NCBI GenBank assembly: GCA_963765575.1
Contig: CAVXWZ010000002.1
Span: 96,001 to 160,000, forward strand
Length of the DNA stretch: 64,000 bases
Direction of reading: 5' to 3'
Source of the DNA: an uncultured cyanobacterium
Lineage (GTDB): Bacteria > Cyanobacteriota > Cyanobacteriia > PCC-6307 > Cyanobiaceae
Shown: piece after piece, positions 1 to 13,265 of the stretch
How positions within the stretch are numbered: position 1 is the first letter of the stretch
Layout of the letters: every line of letters begins with the position of its first letter
The notes under the pieces: model-generated
What the model was told of the DNA's origin: nothing
What the model saw: the letters and a program-made list of their open reading frames with translations, nothing else
The model's database searches: none
Made by a program: the position numbers and the translations under genes

Positions 1-147
1 GTATCCTTAATCCACTCACCACCAGCTCAACACCCGCAGCTCTTCACTGCAGGCGCTCACCGGCGGCCTCACGGCTCAAGGTTCCAGACAAAAGCATGGT
101 CGTCTCCATCCCTCAACGGGACGTCAATGACCTTTCGCCATGGTCAT

Positions 148-3031
<2,884 letters not shown>

Positions 3032-3302
3032 AATTTTGCCTCAACTCATTCATCATCACCAACACCTTTCTCCCTGACCTGGTTCATTGCTGATCCAAGC
3101 AGCTTGATGATCTCGGTTAGACTCTTTCGTTGAGGCGTCTTGGCTCTAAACTCAATAGAATCTCCAAATCCAGTCCTCCATCAATTACTATCAACTGAAC
3201 CACCCCAGGCAATCTCTTGCCCATTGATGGTCAGCATCCTGCTCTTAATGGCGGCTAAACTTGGCATCCATGAGATGCTTTTGTCCAGACTTACCTATAC
3301 AG

Positions 3303-3314
3303 TTGTCAAGGTTC
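3303..3314 (-). promoter_or_regulatory. ITS antiterminator boxA (GAACCTTGACAA), preceded in the transcript by a boxB-like hairpin at about 3317-3357
   Basis: Matches the cyanobacterial boxA motif and lies between tRNA-Ala and 23S, as is usual. Confidence 0.8.
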
Positions 3315-3532
3315 TACTGGCTTCTTCTCACCCTCTCGTGAAGGTGTGAATCCAGCATTCAAAATCTGCTCGTCATCACGTCCTGTGATCACAGCATCAA
3401 GATCCTGAAGGCTGGAATCTGACCCAGTTCTTGCAATCCCGTCTCGTCACCCCCTCAGCTCCACTGCTCGGCTGGTTGTTTCGCTTGCCTGCTTGCTTGC
3501 CTGCTCTGCTTGGCTCAGCGCTCCCGTTGGTA

Positions 3533-3605
3533 TGGAGGTTAGCGGACTCGAACCGCTGACATCCTGCTTGCAAAGCAGGCGCTCTACCAACTGAGCTAAA
3601 CCCCC
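3533..3605 (-). tRNA. tRNA-Ala(TGC)
   Basis: GGGGGTTTAGCTCAGTTGGTAGAGCGCCTGCTTTGCAAGCAGGATGTCAGCGGTTCGAGTCCGCTAACCTCCA folds as a cloverleaf within the ITS. Confidence 0.98.
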
Positions 3606-3614
3606 AATCGCGAA

Positions 3615-3688
<74 letters not shown>

Positions 3689-3903
3689 AGGAGCTCTTCC
3701 TCTATGGGGTGACCTAGACAAAGTTTAGGAACTGATCGTGATTCCTCCCCTCCAAACCTGATCCATCAAGTCCTGATCTCTCAAAACTCAATCGCTCAGA
3801 CTTCTGGTTTGGTTCACGTCGAGGTACCGATCGACCTAAGGTGACAGGACACTGGCCTGAGATCATTTCTGCTCAGACATCAATGTCAGGTTTGTCTCCC
3901 TGT

Positions 3904-5388
<1,485 letters not shown>

Positions 5389-6079
5389 AGATCAAACCCT
5401 CTTGATCAACCCCAACACTTGATTCACAATCTTGATGTCTCGCACATTCATGCAAGCTGCCAGCAATCAGTCAAAATGTTGCAAACTAATGCCTCACCTC
5501 GTCCAATCAACTAACCCATCAAAACCATTGGTCATCTGCTAAAATTGTCTCAGCTTGACTTGCTCTCACCCCCCAGCTCTTGCTCTCGCAATCCTGAAAG
5601 TTGGAGCCTCCTTCCTCTGACAGAAGGGTTCTTAAGAGTGCACAACCCTTGGTAATACTTCGCCAACATAAACCGATACACGTCTTGAGCAGTCTGCTTT
5701 CGCACACTGCTCCTTCCGCCATCGCTCAGCCGCTCCGCTTCCCTCAAGTCATGACTTTCCCAGATCTCAGATCCGGTCGCGATCACAGACATCCGCTGCT
5801 CTCCAGTCGGTCTGATCTCCCCTGAGCTCGTCTCTGCCCGTTCACTTCCCGCAATCGGCAAGCCCACACACAGCAACGCTCCCAAGGTCTCAGCTCTCGG
5901 CCCTCTCGGCCGCTTCTGTCTCGCTTGTTGCTTTTTGACGGGACCTCACACCTTCACAGCTTGCTTCTGTCACAGCCCCTTCCACCTCCACCAACCAACT
6001 TTCCCTTCCAGGGAAATCCAGCAGCTTCCGCTTCTAAAACCATGACGCCGTGAAAGCGTCAGTTCCTAAACTTCTTGGA

Positions 6080-6091
6080 TTGTCCAGGTGC
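6080..6091 (-). promoter_or_regulatory. rrn leader boxA-like element (GCACCTGGACAA)
   Basis: Resembles the ITS boxA. It is followed by AAGTTTAGGAACTGA (6059-6073), which is complementary to the ITS at 3721-3735 (16S processing stem). Confidence 0.65.
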
Positions 6092-6230
6092 TGCTGCTTC
6101 CGCCCTCAACCCTCAAGGAAAATCCCTGGATTCAACACCCAGTGATCTCTCCCCTCAGGCCTTCCGGCTCTCGGCAGCCCGTTGCTCCCTCCTGCTCTCC
6201 CTCTCGGGTGCTCTCGGTCGCAACTCAGAA

Positions 6231-6244
6231 AACCTACAACACCG
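6231..6244 (-). promoter_or_regulatory. Putative rrn promoter P2 -10 region (GGTGTTG-TAGGTT)
   Basis: TAnnnT hexamer upstream of the leader boxA, sharing a GGTGTT context with the P1 candidate. Confidence 0.4.
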
Positions 6245-6382
6245 GTCGCTCTCGCTACCAATCGCTCCAGGTCCTGCGCTCAGCTCCTGCCTCGCCAAGC
6301 AACCTCAGCTCTGTTCAGCGGCGCTCTCGCGTCCCCTCACCAGCCTCGCTTGCTTCGCTCGCTCTCGCTTGCGCAGCTCATC

Positions 6383-6393
6383 ACCATAACACC
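6383..6393 (-). promoter_or_regulatory. Putative rrn promoter P1 extended -10 (TGtTATGGT)
   Basis: TGn-TATGGT about 20 nt downstream of the tyrS stop codon. Confidence 0.4.
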
Positions 6394-6408
6394 TTGCCCC
6401 GGAGCCAT

Positions 6409-7728
6409 TCAGCCCACCAGGCGCCGGAAGGTCTTCTTGCCCAGTTGCAGCACCTGGCCCTGCAGCTCGCTGGGGCTGCTGAACTCCAGGTTGGGATCGA
6501 GAAGCTTCTGCCCATCGAGGCGCACGCCACCGCCCTGGATCTGGCGCCGGGCCTCACTGCTGCTGGAGCAGAGGCCCACCGCACGGAGCAGGTAAAAGGC
6601 ACGGGCGGGAAACGTCACGTCGGCCAGGGAAGCCTCCGGCACCTCGGCTTGGGCAGCACCGCTTCCGCCCGCTCCAGCCACCAGCCTGGCCGCGTCCGCC
6701 TGGGCCTGCCGGGCCGCGGCCTCACCATGCCTGAGGCGGGTGATCTCCAGGGCCATGGCCTGCTGGCGCTGGCGCGGAGGCTGGGGCACAGCGTTGAGAT
6801 CGAGATCGGTGAGCAGGGTGAGGTAGGCATCCACCACCACATCGGGCAGCTTTTCGAGCTTCGAGTACATCGACAGGGGGTCTTCGCCCAGGCCCACTGT
6901 GTTCCCCAGGCTCTTGCTCATCTTCTGAACGCCGTCGAGTCCCGGCAGGATCGGCAGGAGCAGGCCGAACTGGGGCCGCTGCCCGAAGTGACGCTGCAGG
7001 TCGCGGCCCATGGCCACATTGAACTTCTGATCGGTTCCGCCCAGCTCCACATCGGCCTCCACCTGCACCGAGTCGTAGCCCTGGAGAAGCGGATAGAGAA
7101 ACTCGTGCAGGGAGATGGGCGTGCCGGAGCCATAGCGCTTGGCGAAGTCGTCCTTGGCGAGCATCTGGCCCACCGTGCTGGTCCCCATCAGCTCGATCAC
7201 CCGGGGGAGGTCGAGGCCCGTCAACCAGCCACTGTTCCGGCGCACTTCCAGGCGCCCGGGGGTGTGGAAATCCAGCAGGGCATCGGCTGGATCCCGCCCC
7301 TGGCCCAACTGGGCCAGGTAGGTGGAGGCATGGGCTTCCACCGCCTCGGCACTGAGTTGCACCCGGGTGGCACTCTTGCCCGTGGGGTCACCAATGCGGG
7401 CGGTGAAGTCGCCAATGATCAGCACCGCCGTGTGGCCGGCATCCTGGAAGGCCCGCAGCTTGCGGAACAGCAGCGAATGCCCCAGATGGATGTCGGCACC
7501 GGTGGGGTCGATCCCCAACTTGATGCGCAGGGGCCGCTGGATGGCCCCAGCCTCCATCAGCCGCCCAGCGAGGCACTGGTCGGGATCCACCCCGGCAGAG
7601 GTGGGCTCGGCAGCCAGTCCGCCGGGAAACAAATCGGCCACTCCACGCGCCAGCCAGGCGGGCAGGGGCTGCAGGCCAGGATCCAGTGCGGCCGAATCGT
7701 GGTCGGCGGTCTCCGGTGCGGCAGTCAT
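6409..7728 (-). CDS. tyrS: Tyrosine--tRNA ligase
   Basis: [13 protein letters not shown] (HIGH) and KMSKS motifs, [11 protein letters not shown]-terminal S4 domain. Start could be GTG 7749. Confidence 0.97.
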   Translation of the reverse strand: MTAAPETADHDSAALDPGLQPLPAWLARGVADLFPGGLAAEPTSAGVDPDQCLAGRLMEAGAIQRPLRIKLGIDPTGADIHLGHSLLFRKLRAFQDAGHTAVLIIGDFTARIGDPTGKSATRVQLSAEAVEAHASTYLAQLGQGRDPADALLDFHTPGRLEVRRNSGWLTGLDLPRVIELMGTSTVGQMLAKDDFAKRYGSGTPISLHEFLYPLLQGYDSVQVEADVELGGTDQKFNVAMGRDLQRHFGQRPQFGLLLPILPGLDGVQKMSKSLGNTVGLGEDPLSMYSKLEKLPDVVVDAYLTLLTDLDLNAVPQPPRQRQQAMALEITRLRHGEAAARQAQADAARLVAGAGGSGAAQAEVPEASLADVTFPARAFYLLRAVGLCSSSSEARRQIQGGGVRLDGQKLLDPNLEFSSPSELQGQVLQLGKKTFRRLVG

Positions 7729-7783
7729 CGAACCCGGCGCGAATGGCACAGCCGGTGATCGTAGGCAGGCACTTCGGCAGGGA

Positions 7784-8107
7784 TCAGGATTGCTGCTCGA
7801 GTTCGCTCTTCATGCGCTCGAGGGTCTGCTGCATCTGGTTGAACATCATGTCGGGCGTAAGACCGAACTGGCCAAGCTGGGTGCGCAGCTGCTCCACCGT
7901 GAGCTTGGCCTGGAAATCCTCAGACAATTCAAAGCGCTTCATGAACACGCGATAGCGCTCCATCACATCTTCCATGCGAGCGATGTAGAGCTTCTTGCCC
8001 TCGCGATCGAATTTCCCATACTCGCTGCCCAGCTGCATCAACTGCTGGTAGTCGCCGAACAGGCGCCGGGCCTCGTCCTGAACGATGTCGGAGTCGAAAA
8101 AGGCCAT
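7784..8107 (-). CDS. Conserved cyanobacterial protein (DUF1825-like)
   Basis: [23 protein letters not shown]...[10 protein letters not shown] resembles a conserved cyanobacterial DUF. Confidence 0.85.
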   Translation of the reverse strand: MAFFDSDIVQDEARRLFGDYQQLMQLGSEYGKFDREGKKLYIARMEDVMERYRVFMKRFELSEDFQAKLTVEQLRTQLGQFGLTPDMMFNQMQQTLERMKSELEQQS

Positions 8108-8238
8108 CGGGGCGGCGCCTGGGTCGCACAGGAGTTGATTCTGAACACCGCCCGGGCCTGGAGCGAGTGCGGAAAGGCGTAAAGGTCGGTGCAGGGGCGC
8201 TGACAGGGGCGCTGACATCTGCGGGCCCCCGACCCACG

Positions 8239-8982
8239 ATGACGGCAGGCCCGATCGCATGGCGGCCCGTGGATTTCATACCGATCCTGGCCCAGCTGGA
8301 GGCGAATGGTCGCCAGAGCCGGGAATTGCTCCGCGATGCACGGCTGGTGCTCTGCCTGGGCAACCACGCCTTGCTCACCCTGCTGCTCCAGCCGGCCAGA
8401 GCGTCCGCCCGCTTGCTGGCGGCGGTCACCACGGCGCGGGAAGCCGAGGCGGCAGTGGCCGCAGGACAACCCACCATGCTGGTGATCAGCGACGTGCTGG
8501 AGCAAGGGGACGGCATCGAGACGGCGATCAGCCTCAAGGCACGGCACCCCGACCTGCGGGTGCTGCTGCTGCTGCACCGGGAACATCGACTGCATGCCAT
8601 CCGTCGAGCGATCGAAGCCGACTGCGATGGCCTGCTGCTGGAATCGAGCTTCGGTTCCGGTGCCCTGCTGGCGGCCCTGCACGTGGTGAGTGGCGGCGGC
8701 ATCTTCATCGACCGCCCCCTGCGGCGGGACTACCGGCGGGGGCGCGAGCGCGGGGGACCACAACAGGCCCTCAGTCCAAGGGAGCTGGACGTGCTCACCC
8801 TGGTGGCCGAGGGGGAGACCAATGCCCAGATCGGCCAGGCGCTCTTTCTCTCACCGGACACGGTCAAGACCCACCTGGGCAATCTGCTCGCCAAGCTGCC
8901 TGCCCGGGGGCGCGCCCATGCCGCCGTGCTGGGGGTCTGCTGGGGCCTGATCGACTGGCCCGAGGGCAAACACTGCCGCTAG
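8239..8982 (+). CDS. LuxR/NarL-family transcriptional regulator with atypical receiver domain
   Basis: C-terminal HTH LSPRELDVLTLVAEGETNAQIGQALFLSPDTVKTHLGNLLAKL and a REC-like N-terminus. Start may be GTG 8269. Confidence 0.88.
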   Translation: MTAGPIAWRPVDFIPILAQLEANGRQSRELLRDARLVLCLGNHALLTLLLQPARASARLLAAVTTAREAEAAVAAGQPTMLVISDVLEQGDGIETAISLKARHPDLRVLLLLHREHRLHAIRRAIEADCDGLLLESSFGSGALLAALHVVSGGGIFIDRPLRRDYRRGRERGGPQQALSPRELDVLTLVAEGETNAQIGQALFLSPDTVKTHLGNLLAKLPARGRAHAAVLGVCWGLIDWPEGKHCR

Positions 8983-9016
8983 TTTCGGCTGGCAGCCGCA
9001 GACGGACACCTTCACC

Positions 9017-9733
9017 ATGGCCCGGCGGCACTGGCTGGATCCCCTGGCGCGACGCTTGCTGATCGCCGGCGGCCAGCTGCCGGCCGCGGCGCGGCAGGCT
9101 GGCAATCGCCCCAGCAACACGGCGATGGGCACGTCACCGCCGCCCGTCACCGCCGCAGCCGACAGCCATCACGAGCAGGTCGAACGGGAGCTGCTGGCCC
9201 TGAAACTGCGCCACGATCCGATGCGAGCCCTGGCCAGTGCGGAGGACGTGCGCCATGCCGCCGCGCTCGGCTGGCGGCTGGATGTGAACCGGGCCAGCGC
9301 CGGCGATTGGCGCCGGCTGCCGGGCATCCAGGCCGAACAGGTGGACCTGCTCCTGCGCCTGCAGGCCGGAGGCGTGCAGCTGAGCGGCGCGGAGGACCTG
9401 CAGCGGTTGCTGGATCTGCCGGCCAGTCAGGTCCAGGGCTGGCTGCCGGTGCTGCTCTTCCGCTGGTACGGGGAGCCGGCGGCACCAGCCTCCGCCGCCA
9501 TCCGGATCGATCTCAACCGGGTTCCAGAGGCCCAGCTGCAGCAACTCGGCCTCTCCGCGGAGCGCCGCCAGCGCCTGCTGCGCGAACGGGCCCGCGGCCC
9601 CTTCCGCGACCTCGCTGATCTCCAGGCCCGATTGCAGCTCCCCGCCGATCTGGTGGAGGGCTGGATCGGCAAGGTGACTTTCAGTGATGGCAAGGCCGGT
9701 CCGGTGCTGCCACCGGCCCGGCGCTCCGCCTGA
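9017..9733 (+). CDS. Helix-hairpin-helix (ComEA-like) DNA-binding protein
   Basis: Two HhH modules: LDVNRASAGDWRRLPGI and IDLNRVPEAQLQQLGL...GPFRDLADL. Confidence 0.8.
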   Translation: MARRHWLDPLARRLLIAGGQLPAAARQAGNRPSNTAMGTSPPPVTAAADSHHEQVERELLALKLRHDPMRALASAEDVRHAAALGWRLDVNRASAGDWRRLPGIQAEQVDLLLRLQAGGVQLSGAEDLQRLLDLPASQVQGWLPVLLFRWYGEPAAPASAAIRIDLNRVPEAQLQQLGLSAERRQRLLRERARGPFRDLADLQARLQLPADLVEGWIGKVTFSDGKAGPVLPPARRSA

Positions 9734-9747
9734 GGCCCGCGAACGCC

Positions 9748-10395
9748 ATGGGCCCAGCGCGGCAGGGGGAATTGTTCGCCGCCTCATCGGCCCTGGGGGA
9801 GGGGGGGCAGGCGGCCCCAGAACTGCCGCTGCTCAGGCGCCAGCTGCAGGAGTGGCAGCAGGCTCTGGCCCGCCACCAGACCCCCCTGTTTGCCGGTGCC
9901 CCCGCGGACAGCCGCCAAGTGGGGCTGTTTGAGCCGGCGCAACAGAACACGACAGCGGACCAGACCGTGGCCGCCCTATCGCCCACTGATCCCCTGACCC
10001 TCAATCCTCTGCAGCTGCGGGCCCAGCCCCTGAGCTTCTGGCGCTGGCCCGATCCCCCCCAGCGGGGGGCGGCGCTCTACTTCGTGATTGACAGCCTGCA
10101 GGGGGATCGCGGGCAGCAGCCCCAGCCGCTGCTGCTCTACGTGGGCGAAACCGGCCGGGCCGAGCGCCGCTGGAAGGGCGAGCACGACTGCAAGCACTAT
10201 CTGGCGGCCTACAGCGAAGCCCTGGCCCGGGTGGAGATCAGCAGCAGGTTGACCATCCGCTTCTGGCTCGACGCCCCCGGGGCCGCCCGGCAGCGCCGCG
10301 CCCTTGAGCAGGCCCTGATCCAGCGCTGGCTGCCGCCCTTCAACAAGGAAACCCGGCAGCGCTGGGCCACGCCCTTCACCGCTGATGGCGACTGA
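9748..10395 (+). CDS. GIY-YIG nuclease-family protein
   Basis: AALYFV...LLYVGET motif pair, RWKGEH, ALEQALI, PPFNKE. Confidence 0.8.
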   Translation: MGPARQGELFAASSALGEGGQAAPELPLLRRQLQEWQQALARHQTPLFAGAPADSRQVGLFEPAQQNTTADQTVAALSPTDPLTLNPLQLRAQPLSFWRWPDPPQRGAALYFVIDSLQGDRGQQPQPLLLYVGETGRAERRWKGEHDCKHYLAAYSEALARVEISSRLTIRFWLDAPGAARQRRALEQALIQRWLPPFNKETRQRWATPFTADGD

Positions 10396-10433
10396 GGCCG
10401 CTGGCTACCATCGCCTCCCACCCAGGCAGGGTC

Positions 10434-11951
10434 ATGGAGTTTCGCTGCATCCCCGACACGCTCACGGCCGCCCTCGGCCCCTGGAGCGGCGACACCCTGG
10501 CGGTGGGGCTGTTCGCCCCCAGTGACGGTCAACCCGCCGATCCGCTGCGCACCGAGCTGATCGCGGCCTTCGGTGACCAGCTGCAAGAGCGGCTGGAGCA
10601 GCGGCGTTTCCAGGCCAAACCGGGTGAATGCCTGAGCCTGGAATGCCTCGGCCAGCAGCCGCGCACCCTGATCCTGGTGGGGCTGGGGGAGCCGGAGGCG
10701 TTCGATCTGGACAGCCTGCGCGCCGCCGCCGCCACCGCTGGCCGTGCCGCCGCCGCCGCCGCCGCCCGGGAGCTGGCCCTGGCCCTGCCCTGCGAGGGAT
10801 TGGCGAGCGCCAGCGCCGGCCGGGCGATCGCCGAGGCGGTGCGGCTGAGCCTCTACAGCGACCAGCGCTTCAAGAGCGACCACGAACCCCAGCCCCAACC
10901 CGAGGTGGTGAGCCTGATCGGGCTGCCGGCCAGCAGCGCCGAAGCCATGGCAGCCGTGGACGGGACCTGCGCGGGCGTGGAACTGGCCCGTCAGCTGGTG
11001 GCGGCGCCACCCAATGTGGCCACCCCCCAGCACCTGGCCGACACGGCCGCCGCGATCGCCCGCGACCACGGCCTCGAGCTGCGGGTGCTGGAGCGGGAGG
11101 ACTGCCAGGCCCTGGGGATGGGCGCCTATCTGGGGGTGGCCCAGGGGTCGGAGCTGCCCCCCAAATTCATCCACCTCACCTACCGGCCGGCCGGCGGCAG
11201 CCAGCGCCGGGTGGTCCTGGTGGGCAAGGGGCTGACCTTCGATTCCGGCGGTTACAACCTCAAGACCGGCGGCTCCCAGATTGAGATGATGAAATACGAC
11301 ATGGGGGGCAGCGCCGCCGTGCTGGGTGCCGCCCGGGCCATCGCCGAGCTGAAACCCGAGGGGGTGGAGGTGCATGTGCTCGTGGCCTCCTGCGAAAACA
11401 TGATCAGTGGAGGAGCCGTGCATCCCGGCGACATCCTCACGGCCTCCAACGGCAAGACGATCGAGATCAACAACACTGATGCCGAAGGCCGGCTGACCCT
11501 GGCTGACGCCCTGGTCTACGCCTGCAAGCTCGAACCCGATGCCGTGGTGGATCTGGCCACCCTCACCGGGGCCTGTGTCATCGCCCTGGGGGAGGAGATG
11601 GCGGGACTGTGGTCCAGCAGCGATGGCCTCGCCCTGGCCCTGCAGGCCGCCGGTGCCGCCGGCGGCGAAACCCTTTGGCCCATGCCCCTGCGCAGGTCCT
11701 ACAAGGCTGGCCTCAAGAGCCCGGTGGCCGACCTGAAAAACACCGGCCCCCGCCCCGGTGGCGCCATCACCGCGGCTCTGTTTCTGCAGGATTTCGTGAC
11801 CAAGGGCCTGCCCTGGGCCCACCTGGACATCGCCGGCACGGTGTGGAGCGACAAGGGCCGGGGCCTGGATCCTGCCGGAGCCACAGGCTTCGGGGTGCGC
11901 ACCCTGGTGAACTGGATCTGCAGTGGCGCTCCCCTGGGCCCGCAGCCCTAG
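10434..11951 (+). CDS. pepA: Leucyl aminopeptidase (M17)
   Basis: VGKGLTFDSGG, MKYDMGG, NTDAEGRL and HLDIAG motifs. Confidence 0.97.
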   Translation: MEFRCIPDTLTAALGPWSGDTLAVGLFAPSDGQPADPLRTELIAAFGDQLQERLEQRRFQAKPGECLSLECLGQQPRTLILVGLGEPEAFDLDSLRAAAATAGRAAAAAAARELALALPCEGLASASAGRAIAEAVRLSLYSDQRFKSDHEPQPQPEVVSLIGLPASSAEAMAAVDGTCAGVELARQLVAAPPNVATPQHLADTAAAIARDHGLELRVLEREDCQALGMGAYLGVAQGSELPPKFIHLTYRPAGGSQRRVVLVGKGLTFDSGGYNLKTGGSQIEMMKYDMGGSAAVLGAARAIAELKPEGVEVHVLVASCENMISGGAVHPGDILTASNGKTIEINNTDAEGRLTLADALVYACKLEPDAVVDLATLTGACVIALGEEMAGLWSSSDGLALALQAAGAAGGETLWPMPLRRSYKAGLKSPVADLKNTGPRPGGAITAALFLQDFVTKGLPWAHLDIAGTVWSDKGRGLDPAGATGFGVRTLVNWICSGAPLGPQP

Positions 11952-11985
11952 GTTTGCCTTGCCGCCGAGCCGCCCTTCCCAGCCC

Positions 11986-12270
11986 ATGGCCGTCAAGAAG
12001 ATCCGCTGGTACGTCAAGGCCCAGCTCGGCATTCTGCTGCTGCCGGCAGGTCTCTGTCTGTTCGGGGAGGCGGTGATCCGCAAGGGGCTTGAGGAGCTGA
12101 TCAAACGCACCGAACTGGCCGCCGGCGCCAGCGACGTCCTGCCCTTGAAGCTGCTTCAGGCGCCTGGTCCCTGGTTCTGGTACGCCACCTTCGGGTTGAT
12201 CCTGATCAACGCCGGTGTGGGACTGATGGTGGAAAGCGGGCTGCTGCGGGGCTACCCACGCCAGGGCTGA
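11986..12270 (+). CDS. Small hypothetical membrane protein
   Basis: MAVKKIRWYVKAQLGILLL...WFWYATFGLILINAGVGLMVESG has two hydrophobic segments. Confidence 0.75.
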   Translation: MAVKKIRWYVKAQLGILLLPAGLCLFGEAVIRKGLEELIKRTELAAGASDVLPLKLLQAPGPWFWYATFGLILINAGVGLMVESGLLRGYPRQG

Positions 12271-12298
12271 AGCCACGGCCCACGGCCCACGGCGTGCG

Positions 12299-12532
12299 TC
12301 AGGCGGCGCGGCTGAGACGTCCAGCCACCACCCCGGGGCCGATCGCGCTGCTGGCTGCCGCCCGCAGACTGGTGATCAGGTCGTCAGGAGACTCCAGGGC
12401 ATGGATCTGCCAACGGGCCCTGCCGCTGCAGAGGGGCAGCAGCCGATCCAGATCGTCGGCGGCCTGCTTGGGACTCTGGTAAGGGCCCACGTGTCGGCTC
12501 TGGAGCCCGTCCCGGATTGTCAGCAGATACAT
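12299..12532 (-). CDS. Hypothetical protein
   Basis: 77-aa ATG ORF directly downstream of msrA with protein-like composition (MYLLTIRDG...RWQIHALE). Confidence 0.7.
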   Translation of the reverse strand: MYLLTIRDGLQSRHVGPYQSPKQAADDLDRLLPLCSGRARWQIHALESPDDLITSLRAAASSAIGPGVVAGRLSRAA

Positions 12533-12560
12533 ACCAAACCTGCATCACGCAGCAACCACG

Positions 12561-13265
12561 CTAACCGGCTTGGCCCGTGGGGCCAAGCACCGTCCCCCAG
12601 GCCTGAGGCGAGCGGGCCCGGCTGCCCCACACCGCCTCCAGGCGCCCGTCCCGGCCGCAGGACCAGCGGTAATAGCCATAGCGAAGCGGATTGCGCTGAG
12701 CGTAGTTCTGGTGGTAGTCCTCCGCAGGCCAGAACCGGCTCAGCGGCTGGATCCGCACCGACAGGGCCGATTCAGCGCGGCCCAGTTCGCTGGCGGCCTG
12801 TTGACGGCTGGCCAGGGCCAGACGCTGCTGCTCCGCTCCGGCGGTGAAGATCACGGGGCGGTAAGAGTCACCGCGATCACAGAACTGCCCGGCGCCATCC
12901 AGCGGGTCGATGTTGCGCCAGTAGGACCGCAGCAGGTCATCGCTGCTGATGCGGCTGGGGTCGAAGCGCACCCGCACGCTCTCCTGATGGCCGCTGCCAC
13001 CGGCCGACACCTGGCGGTAAGTGGGGTGCCGCAGCTGGCCGCCGCTGTAGCCACTCTCCACCTCCAGCACGCCCGGGAGTGTTTCCAGGTCGTGCTCCAG
13101 GCACCAGAAGCAACCGCCCGCCAGCACCAGCTCCCGGGTCGCCGCAGGCGGCTCAGCGGCGTGGGTCGCCGCGGGCCAGATCCCCAGGGCCGCAATCAGC
13201 ACCAGCAAGGCGGCGACCAGTGCCAGGGGGCGGGCGGGATGGAAGCGCGGCGACGGACTGTTCAC
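12561..13265 (-). CDS. msrA: Peptide-methionine (S)-S-oxide reductase with signal peptide
   Basis: AGGCFWC active site, [11 protein letters not shown], hydrophobic N-terminus. Confidence 0.95.
   Translation of the reverse strand: MNSPSPRFHPARPLALVAALLVLIAALGIWPAATHAAEPPAATRELVLAGGCFWCLEHDLETLPGVLEVESGYSGGQLRHPTYRQVSAGGSGHQESVRVRFDPSRISSDDLLRSYWRNIDPLDGAGQFCDRGDSYRPVIFTAGAEQQRLALASRQQAASELGRAESALSVRIQPLSRFWPAEDYHQNYAQRNPLRYGYYRWSCGRDGRLEAVWGSRARSPQAWGTVLGPTGQAG

Noticed and set aside
6088..7758. Long antisense ORFs (this 556-aa one; also 10209-12110, 37005-38741, 45530-47887, 51938-53359, 57548-59269)
   Set aside because: Shadow frames of well-identified genes in high-GC DNA with few stop codons.
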